Source: Octopus sinensis
Lineage: Eukaryota
Direction: 5' to 3'
Length of the DNA: 64,000 bases
Assembly: GCF_006345805.1 (NCBI RefSeq)
Contig: NC_043011.1
Coordinates: forward strand, 15,946,464 to 16,010,463
In this document: piece by piece, positions 53,459-64,000 of the stretch
How the letters are laid out: the number at the start of each line of letters is the position of its first letter
Position numbering within the stretch: the stretch's first letter is position 1
Made by a program: the position numbers and the translations under genes
The notes under the pieces: model-generated
Database searches by the model: none
What the model was told of the DNA's origin: nothing
The model's input: only the letters and a program-made list of their open reading frames with translations

Positions 53459-53583
53459 TAAATATTACAGCACAACGTATTACAATCACACACACAAATA
53501 CACACACACACACATGATGTAAATGTGTATGAGTATATATCTAAATATACATGTTCGTACTTTCAGTTATCTATCTATCTATC

Positions 53584-53614
<31 letters not shown>

Positions 53615-53615
53615 C

Positions 53616-53706
<91 letters not shown>

Positions 53707-53828
53707 GACAGAATAGATACCTGTAAGTACGAACATGTATATTTAGATATATACTCATACACATTTACATCATGAGTATATATGTGTGTTTGTGTGTGTG
53801 ATTGTAATACGTTGTGCTGTAATATTTA
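53459..53828. repeat. Inverted repeat (~115-bp arms) around a (TCTA)n/(TA)n spacer
   Basis: aaatattacagcacaacgtattacaatcacacac...catgatgtaaatgtgtatgagtatatatctaaatatacatgttcgtactt is mirrored as a reverse complement at ~53713-53828. Confidence 0.9.
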
Positions 53829-53906
53829 TATATACATATATGCATATCTGTATATGCATATATATATACACATATATGTATACATATATATATAAATGCA
53901 TATAGG

Positions 53907-54031
<125 letters not shown>

Positions 54032-55360
54032 TGCTAGGATGAGTTCCACACAAAGTAATGGAATACTAATTTCAATTAATGCATTTTGTGCTCTAGTAAG
54101 AACATTTTAGTTTTATTGAATTATATTAGTAATGCACATATTTGGATAGATATACATTTCATGCTGGGAACATTCGAACTAATGCAAAAGATTGATAATC
54201 CAGTTACCAAAATTAATACATTTATACAGGTTTATGCGTGAATATATATCTATATGCATATTTATATGTATGTGTGTATGTATTTAATTATGTACCTGCC
54301 TACACAGATTTATATGTATTTGTATAGGCCTATAAGAGAAGCCAGCAGGCGGAAAGCTAGATGTTCGTTGCAGAGTTAGCAGAGTTCGTCCTTATATAGA
54401 GGTGGATCCGCCGGTGTGATCCATGCAATATGGAATGCTACCAGAGGCAGTGTTATTTGAACACCAGGTTGGGATTGTCCAACTCACGCTGTGTCGTCTG
54501 CCTGATTGCTAAAAAACTCGAAATAAATCCACTTGGAACGCTTAGATCGGTCCGGGGCTATAGTAGCAGACATTTGCTTAGTGTCTGATGCAGAGGTATT
54601 TAATCTGCAACTATATATATGCATACATAAATGAGTAGTCAAAGAGATGTAGCAATGCCAATACTGCCTGCAGACCTTCTAAAATTATTGGCGAATTTAA
54701 TACCATGTAAGTGTTGTTTAAACAATTACGGCGACGAACACCTGCAGGAAATATGTGAGCAGAGAGCACATTCTAGAGTGCCGATATTGATCACCAGCAT
54801 TCGGACATCTCTGATATTCATATCAGACATTACTAATATTCTATATCAGGGATTTCCGATTGTGCATATTGTTTTGTGCCGGTAAATGTGAGTCAGGCAT
54901 ATCAAAGCTGACTAGAAGTGTGAAGGTGAGTATGTCTTTCTACATTCGTGGTGGAGGTACGAGATATGCTAACTCGTAGAATTAGATGGTATTATAGTAT
55001 TAAATATAAAGGTCAAGAGACAAAACAGTCTGTCTGTCGTGTTGAGGCTATAACAGAGCTGGGAGTTTCCTTTGTCTGAATGTGACCTTGAATATTAGTG
55101 TCCGTGTCAGCAGCATGGTCGCATATGTAAGAACATATTCCATTCAGTTCCTTACTTTTGCCTTGTAAAGTCTCAGCCGCCAGCTTGGGGCTAAAATAAT
55201 TTCTAGCCTTAAAGAAAAGTTCTTGGATTTGATATGCAGTCCTAGCTATAGTAACATATGGATTTGTCACGTGTGATCCTTCGAGTTAAAGTAATCGAAA
55301 ATTTGGATAGACTGTGAAGGCTATAGCCATATATTTGACTGAGGGTGAAAGCGAACGAGA

Positions 55361-55419
55361 GAAGCTTTGACTAAGGTGACGCACGATAAGTCCGAAACGC
55401 CGCAGTGTCACAAGGCTTC
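55361..55419 (+). ncRNA. Type I hammerhead relic (mutated core)
   Basis: Stem I GAAGCTTTG/CAAGGCTTC; core CTAAGG(T); stem II GAC/GTC; GAAA 55394-97; stem III CGC/GTG; GTC triplet. Confidence 0.6.
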
Positions 55420-58400
55420 TTTACATTAACGAATCATTTATCATAAACACGTATTGTTGAAAGAGACATGTTTAATGATAATAAAGGACAACTGTGGCCA
55501 TGTATACACGTTCCAATCTGTCAAAAGGTATTCAGAATGAATAGTTACGAAGCGATGCCTTATTGCTTGAATTCTTGCTGTTCTGCGTGCACCTCATAAA
55601 TGTATATTTTACGATGTCTATGTAATACACATATTGATAAAATTTACTTATATATTTTATATATATACATTTTTGTTGGAAATAGTGCGAATATGTTATT
55701 ATTTTTTTCTTTTACATAACGAAATAAATGTCAGATGCATTTAAAGACAAAACTGTAAAAAATATTTCTATAAATGTTTTAAGATGAAATCGTCGCTTTT
55801 TAGAAATAACAAAATTGCCTTTCTATTTTCTCATGTTAGTCAAAAACTTGCGTGAAGCCATTGTACTACATTATTACAAATCAAGTTTCACTCAGTTCAT
55901 TCTATTCTTAATAAATAATAGAATTGGAAATATTGTGTGAAAGACAAAATCTTAATGCACAATGATTTTGCGTTTCATCTAACTTGTATAATGCTTTTTG
56001 AAATTGGTAATAGGCCACTATATGAGAAATTATTCAAGTGAAGAGGTTTAAGAAAAATAGAAGAAAAATACCTATTCTGTACAATCGATAAACAGATCTA
56101 ATATAATAAAAATAGATACAAAACTGTTTGGTCCTGTGAAATCATACAATACTTACCTCATAATGTGTTACAAAAATTATTGTTCATTTGTTGTCTGTAC
56201 AACACGTTTTTGAGAAACCTATTTAGAGAAATATTAGTGTTATTATTTGTTGGTACATTAATGCACCATTTCACGACATCGTTTTATTTATTGTACGCAA
56301 TCCTCTCCAAATTATCTTTATGATAATTTATTGTTGTTTCGTCATAATTATCGTTGCTAAAACTCTAGATATATTCTGATACAGAAAAATCTTTTCTGAT
56401 TCATTGCAATCGCGTACATCCCCTATTTGTTCGCGTCGTTGGAATACATTATATTTTGTATCTACTTCTGTAAACATAGCAAGTTCTTTTCACTCTTTAC
56501 CATAGTTTTAGCTTCACTACACGATTTTCGGTGGCCGAACACATCTGACATCATGTTATTGAGCTTTCTAAAGTATTTCTAAAATGTAGGAATATACAAA
56601 AATATAGAGTTGCATGTAAAAATATGTGCTTGCTGTATGCAAACAACTAGTAATGTTTCCTTTTCCAAAATCTATATGTGATTCTATTATTTGTGCGATT
56701 GACATTAGTAGTATTTAGAGCTTCTATTTTTTTCTGAATGACGTTTCTTTTATTAGATTCAGCAAGCAACTAATCCAATACTGAATTAGAGTTCTATAAT
56801 TACTCCTAAAATAGCTTAAAATTATGAAAATTGATTCTGCTTATACGACAAAGAATCTTCTGTCAAGACGGGAGCTGACAATTTATTTTCAGTTCTCTAG
56901 TAATCGTTGATAAACTTGCTGTAATATCTTCCAGTTTTGCTTATATGTCATCTTTCCCCAAATGGCTCCAACACAGATGGTTTGTCGGGTACCAAGCGTG
57001 TAGTTCAAGGATTTCTTTCTATGGAGAAGACAGAAGGTGAACCTCAATGAACGAAAAGTGTTTTACATTTGTAGCGAAGGTTCATAGGAGCATTTTATTT
57101 ATTGTATTAATGAAAAATATGCCAATTTAATCAGGTGCTTCGTGCAAGTTTCCCTCATATTTTAACGATCTTTTATTCAGATGACGAATTCATAATCAAA
57201 ATCCTTGTCGGATATGAATGTATATTTTCCGCAAAGACGATTATAATATTAACAATGAATCTTTCGGTATTTTCAGTTGATATTTCAAGGAAAGTTGTCT
57301 TCGTAAATGAAATATTATCAAATATATTTTAAGTCTAATTTGAAATGTTATATTAAGAACTGTTGCTAGAGATGTATGTTGGTTGTCTTTGTTCTTGTTT
57401 TTTCTAAATACTCGATGTTATTCCCCCATTCCCCCAATGCTCTAGATGCTAATTTTAATTTCAATTTTAGTGTGCTATAACCATTTAAATATTGTTTCTG
57501 TAAATATCATTATTTATTTAAATTTGCCTCATTGGAAATGCATTTGAGAATGGTAGATTTCCGTAAATGTGTATTACGCAATATATATATATTTGTGTGT
57601 TTGCTTGTATATCTAAATTCATCATCTACTATCCACTCTTGATTTATATGTACTAGTCTGCAATGTGGTACAGCTTAGCACACACCCCACTCTCTTTTTC
57701 TATTTCTCAATCCCTCTTTCTCTCTTTCTCACTATGTATATGTAGTGGTTTACGTAACTAAATAGTTGAATGATCTCCCTTGCAAGAAGGATGATAGAGT
57801 AACCTCCCTTTATTAACTTTCTCGAAGCATCTGTTTCATGAGACATGGTTAGTAATTATTGAAGAAGCTTGGCGTTTTTCTGGGAGGTTTCTAGAACGTC
57901 TAGTGTTCCATTAATTAAAGCAGCTAGAATGTCTTTTTGAGAATATCGTATTTAAGTTTATATTTCGAATTGCGTCTTTTTAATATCATTCGATGTATCA
58001 TGAAAAAGGATATGTTTCCGAAAAGTCGATTGCATTTTTTCAGCATATTATCGTGTAGAGCTTGCACTTATGTTCATTGCTGTATTTATCTTTTTTCGTG
58101 CATGTTCGCATTTGAGTGCACCGCTGCACACAGTAGATGGAGAACGTATACTGTATTTAGATGAAATCTCATTTGACTACGTCTGATTGTAATGATTTAT
58201 TATTTTCATATATAACTTTTCTATTGCGTAACTCGATTTGGAAATCATAAACTTGAAAGGTAAAACATTGTCATAATGTAAAATTGAGAATTTGATTTAA
58301 GTTTAATAATGTGAATCTGAGCAATATCGTAATATAAAACGAAGTTGTATTTTAATTTACTTGCATGGAAACAAAAGTTATTTAAATACATTTTTCAAAT

Positions 58401-59076
58401 ATCTCTATATTGTTTTTCTTAATTTGAGAGAATTCAATAGTTTGCACAGTAAATTATTAAAACTTACACATGTTGGTCCAATATAGTTTGTTATTTGAGG
58501 TATTTATACAGACGTAATGAATCATTTTTCCAAATAGTGTGTCATTTACATTTAAGTATTTTGTGATTATATTCGAATATGTCAGATATTATTTTAAAAT
58601 GTATTTGTTGTCGAGTGTCACTACAGAACAGAATATCTATCTATCTATATTCATAAATGAATATGTGAACTTGAGATATATCTATATTTCAAATAGTCTG
58701 ATTTATCATACAGAAGATTGAATGTAGACATGAGAGACTGATATGCTAGATAAACAATGAGATGAACAAAATTTATACTTCCGTTCCTAAAAAAATATTC
58801 TTGAGTTTTCAGATGTTAATATTTCATGTTATTAACAATAAATCTAATACTATTGAGTGTTCTAAGCAAGCTTATTTTAAGGAAGATATGGACATTATTC
58901 CAAAAATGGTCATATATATATTATATGAGACCATTATATTTATCCCACATTATATCGGTATAGCCATGATGCAATCCCCAAAATCTGACTCGCTACTTAG
59001 CATCATTAAAGAGTAGCCGGCATAATGAAAAAGAAGCTTTATTTACAATACCCCTAATGATACATAAATGAATTTT

Positions 59077-59131
<55 letters not shown>

Positions 59132-59249
59132 AATGAAGTAATCAGATCGGATGGTTCATATTATAGATATTTATTTATATATTACATTTTTTACATATAT
59201 ATCATATCATTCAGATCATATCATTCGGATTAGCGCTTTCTCCCAATAT

Positions 59250-59364
59250 GTATATATATATATATATTATATATATATATATAATATATATATAATATAT
59301 ATATAATATATATATATATAATATATATATACATATATATATATATATACATACAGATATATAC

Positions 59365-59407
<43 letters not shown>

Positions 59408-59413
59408 TACATA

Positions 59414-59473
<60 letters not shown>

Positions 59474-59480
59474 TATACAA
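59250..59480. repeat. (TA)n microsatellite
   Basis: Direct reading. Confidence 0.95.
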
Positions 59481-59582
59481 ATAATATTTTTATAAACAAA
59501 CCCGAAAAGTTTTGCGAATTACGGAGAGAACGCTACTATGGAAGGTTCATAGTATAATAACTGTACAATAACTGTATATATT

Positions 59583-60780
59583 TTGTTGGTAATTAAGTTC
59601 CCGCGGTTTTTTTGAATTTTGGAATTTATTGCGTTTTTAAATTTTCAAATCTATTCATTTTCGAGAATTCTATAATTAACCACTTTGGAATCTAATTTGT
59701 CTTTCTAGTTAATTTTATTTAATTTTTGTATATTTTCAGTTCATTAAAATGGAATGTGTCAAGTTAAGAAAATTAGTATTTTCGACACCTATTTCTTTTT
59801 GCTTTTATGTCAAGGTTCTAAGGCCGCAAAGCTGCTCATGACATTTGTGCTGTGTATGGAGGGGGTGCCATAGCTGAAAGAACCGTTCGTGATTAGTATG
59901 CCAAGTTCAAATATGGAAATTTTGATCTTAAAAACCCACCTAGTTCTGGCCGTCAAGTTGAGTTCGATGAAGAGCGATTAAACCAAATTTTGCACGAAAA
60001 ATCTCGTCAAACGACAGGGAGTTGGCAAGAGAAAATGGAATTCTCCCACACTGCTATAGGGAAGCATTTTCACTCGGTGGGAAAGTTTCATGTGTCCCGC
60101 ATGCTTTAAGTGACAACAACAAACATCTACGAGCCACAATCTCCGCTAGTTTTTCTTGCTCGTCACCACTCCACTCATGGACACAACAAACGTTTTTTTC
60201 TTGCCGAATCGTTACTGGCCACGTAAAATGGTGCATGTACATCAATATAAAGCAGCGTAAGGAATGGCTTAGCCCCGCTAAACAAGCGACACCGCGCGTG
60301 GAGCAAAGCTTCATCCACGTAAAACGGAACAAAACGGTTAACGCGGAACTCTATGTTCAACAGATGGAACGACTCAATACTGCTATTCAAGAGAAAGGAC
60401 CTAATTGGTAGCATGGAGTTCTTCTGCTGCACGACAGCGTCCGCCCTCATATAGACAATATGACCAAAGAAGCCATTCAAACGCATGGCTGGGAAGTGCT
60501 GCCACACTCGCTGTACTCTCCTGATTTGGCACCAACGGATTTCCACCTCTTTCGTTCTCTTTCAAATGCTATGCGAGGAATTTTGATTAATATTGATGCA
60601 GAATTGATAGCTTCGTTGGATCAGTTTTTTGAGTCGAAATCGGGTGATTTCTAGCAACGAGGTATTGAAAGTCTTGTTGAACGTTGAGAAGAAGTTGTAA
60701 ACAACAAGGGTGAATATATTATTGATTAATTAGTTGTTATTTTTTATTAAACCTTTTCAAAAATTTAATTTTTAAAAAAG
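59583..60780 (+). mobile_element. Mariner transposon relic with frameshifted transposase (~59749-60729); right TIR not seen
   Basis: CVPHAL (WVPHEL-like), RIVTGHVKW, LLHDSVRPH and HSLYSPDLAPTDFHLFRSL motifs in register. Confidence 0.9.
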
Positions 60781-60894
60781 AGCAAGTGTAAGATGTACGT
60801 GTATATGAAATGGACATGTGAGAGAGAGAGAGTGAGTGAGTGAAGTTATGTGTCGTGATGTATAAATTGTTTTGCATGTATGTGTAAGGGGCAC

Positions 60895-60927
<33 letters not shown>

Positions 60928-61099
60928 TTCACACAGATTATATTTCTTCTCTCTCGTTGGCTGTTCTTGTTCAGAGTTCATGAACACTCTCAAGTCCGTT
61001 TTTGCTAACTCCTTCTGCACTAGCAGCATATTGTATCAGGGCTTCTTTGTTGTTTACCAAATATTCTGCTAAATTTCTTCTTTCACTGTTAATGCACTC

Positions 61100-61175
61100 C
61101 TATTCTTCTTCTTCTTCTTCTTCTTCTTCTTCTTCTTCTTCTTCTTCTTCTTCTTCTTCTTCTTCTCTTCTTCTT

Positions 61176-61206
<31 letters not shown>

Positions 61207-61235
61207 TTATTATTATTATTATTATTATATTATTA

Positions 61236-61274
<39 letters not shown>

Positions 61275-61416
61275 CCTTCTCCTCCTTCTCTTTCTCCTTC
61301 TCTTTCTCGTCTTCCTTCTTCTTATTATTACTATTATTCAGTAGTCTTATTTTTACCAATTGCTTTCACTGCACTACATACTACATATATACGTACATAT
61401 AGATGTGTATGTTTGT

Positions 61417-61457
<41 letters not shown>

Positions 61458-61460
61458 TCT
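61100..61460. repeat. (CTT)n/(ATT)n/(TG)n compound microsatellite
   Basis: Direct reading; source of ORF 61002-61592. Confidence 0.95.
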
Positions 61461-62363
61461 GTGTGTATGTGTGTGTGTCTGTGTACTGTGTATAAAATTC
61501 TACAGGTGTCTATGAACTTTTGTCTGCATGGTATTTGGCTGTTACTCGTTAAAATAAAACAGATCAAATCCAACTCATGTGGTTCTATATAATTACAGAT
61601 CGAGTTATGTCTCGAAACACTCAATTAATTTCTCTCTAAATATCGTTATTTTATCTGGCAAATCGGTCTAGGAACATACAATTACTTCTACATTTTAAGA
61701 AACAGAATGGGTTTAACTTATATTGCATTTGACGAGAGATGTTTCCGCAGTATTAGAAATGTTACAAAAACGGTAATAAAATATTTCTTACGATTCTTCC
61801 GCCATTTGTAAGTTATATATAATTGTCATCGTGAACAGTAAAACATAGACTTGTTGATGTTTCATTTATATTGTTCATTTCCATTAATGCAAGAATTTAC
61901 TTCAATATAAGATATAAATACTCATAAGTTTATAGCTGATTGTGGAGATAAGCTATCATCATTTTATAGTGAACAAGTGTATTGTTTGATATGTGATCGT
62001 TGTCAGTTAAGAGAAAAAAAATATTTCATTTATTCCTTGCGTATCACATATAAGGTTATAATCTTCCAACCAAATTGCATGTTTTTGTATCTCTAAACCA
62101 ACAAATTACGCCATTTTACGTCCATGCATGATTTTCCGCCAATAGAAAAAAAAATTAAACGATCATACAGCATTGTTTTGGAGGTATGCCCTTTCACAAA
62201 GTTGAGATTATGAATGTCAATTTTTTTCAAGATAAAACGCCAATATATTTCTCTATGAACATGCCACATAGAAGTCAGAAGTATCTAAAATGCATTTGTG
62301 GACATTTATATATATACATGTAGACGTGGTATTACTGTAATTAATTTAGCATTATGATATACT

Positions 62364-62755
62364 CTTTCTCTTTTACTCTTTTATTTATTTCAGTCATTTG
62401 ACTGCGGCCATGCTGGAGCACCGCCTTTTAGTCTCTTTTGCTGAACCGCTAAGTGACGGGGACGTAAAAACACCAGCATCGGTTGTCAAGCAATTAGGGG
62501 GACAGACACATACACACAAACACATACACAGCCACATATATATATATATATATAATATATATATATAATATATATATATATATACATATATACGACAGGC
62601 TTCTTTCAGTTTCCGTCTACCAAATCCACTCACAAGGCATTGGTCGGCCCGGGGCTATAGCAGAAGACACTTGCCCAAGATGCCATGCAGTGGGACTGAA
62701 CCCGGAACCATGTGGTTAGTTAGCAAGCTACTTAACACACAGCCACTCCTGCGCC
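62364..62755 (-). mobile_element. SINE family 1 with internal deletion
   Basis: Homologous to 32512-32942 but lacks the gagcaaatcgacccc...tctatcg segment. Confidence 0.9.
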
Positions 62756-64000
62756 TATATATGAACTGATGTTCAAGATTTGTTACTTGATTCTAATATA
62801 TATAAGAGACATTTTTGAGAGAAATCCCATGGAGGGTTTCAAATTTAGAGCCGAATCGCCACATTCCATAAAACATTTACCAACATGTTGATGTGGTGAG
62901 TTGTAGAAGTTTAACTTGAGGTCAAATCTTACAAAATCACACAAATTCCAACCTATGGTTCCAGCCATCGTGTCTTTCAGTGATATCTAGAACTACGTTA
63001 TGTAATCTGCTCATCTTTGTGTAAGTTGATTGAATCTGATTTCGAGGATAATTGACTGCCATTTCTAGAATATTAAGCACAGAGACGCACACAGGCACAG
63101 ACACACACACACGCACGCACACACATGCACACTGACACACCGACAAACAGACAGACAGACAGTCAGACACACATGCACAAACACACACTCAAACATTCAC
63201 TAGATTGTTAACGTGGGTTACTATCAAAACTTGTTAACATAGATTATATAATTACGGGTAAAATAAACTTAATCATAGAATAGTAAATTATGGGCGTTTC
63301 TCAGATTAACTTGGTTTATTGCATTCCGATGTGTACACAGCTCGGTTGTTAACTGAATTAGTCCCAATATTCTACAGGATAAGTAAACCTTCTTATCATA
63401 TTAGTCAATATAATCAGGCTATATGAATAATCTTCAAACATATTTCTCTAAATTGACTTGAGATTTCAACAGCCATTAAAACTCATTACAGACTTTTATA
63501 GCATTATTTAATTGATACAATGTCAGCACGATGTCAGCCTATAAAGAGCCTATACCACTGGGATCTATAATGCTATTGCCGATGTAACCTCATTAATATC
63601 CACATGATAGTTGTGATTAAAGTTCAGCTGAAGTTAACAGAGCCTTTGCCACGATGTCTTGCAGTAAGCATATATCATGGCTTTCTCCTGAAAAAATATC
63701 GTAGCAAAGACGGGTTCAGTAATATATCAACATTTTATTGGCACATGCAGAAGCAATTAAAGAAAATAAAATCAATACTGACAAACATTAACAACTGTTT
63801 CACGATGGCCTACAAATTACAACACACTTACACCTGACTTGCCCCTGATTTCTTGCCAATAAAATAATTATTTAAAAGAATCAAATTGAGTGTTCTCCAT
63901 ATATTATATTAACTTGAAATTAATTAGTTTCAGATTCACAAAAGAAATAGGGGAGTTCGGTAGTTTATTACCTACTCTGTTCACTATAACCAGTGACTGA

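Noticed and set aside
61002-61592. Poly-S/L/I/Y ORF and the many [12 protein letters not shown] ORFs across the window
   Set aside because: Translations of microsatellites.

Overview
AT-rich, microsatellite-dense animal genomic DNA with no complete host gene recognisable. The SINE families and repeat landscape strongly resemble Octopus/cephalopod sequence (inference from recognition, not a search). The window is mostly transposon debris: Penelope-like element (PLE) fragments (RT N-terminus at 2-118; thumb plus GIY-YIG at about 15.5-16.55 kb), a nest of at least 7 restriction-like-endonuclease (R4/Dong-type) non-LTR insertions in (AAT)n at 22.7-27.6 kb, mariner and Tc1 relics, a CCHC gag/ORF1 relic and three tRNA-derived SINE families. 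The main find is at 3.56-7.42 kb: a non-coding array of about 7.2 head-to-tail units of about 494 bp plus one inverted partial unit, embedded in (TA)n. Every unit carries a type I hammerhead ribozyme with a conserved core (TTCTA-CTGAAGA-stem II-GAAA-TTGA.T.TCAA-TA^TAGAG) and a near-palindromic stem III, i.e. a retrozyme-like / PLE-pLTR-derived self-cleaving repeat predicted to give ~0.5 kb monomer or circular RNAs. At least six further, sequence-unrelated hammerhead or hammerhead-relic motifs are scattered through the window. All RNA structures were read by eye; none has been computed or tested.
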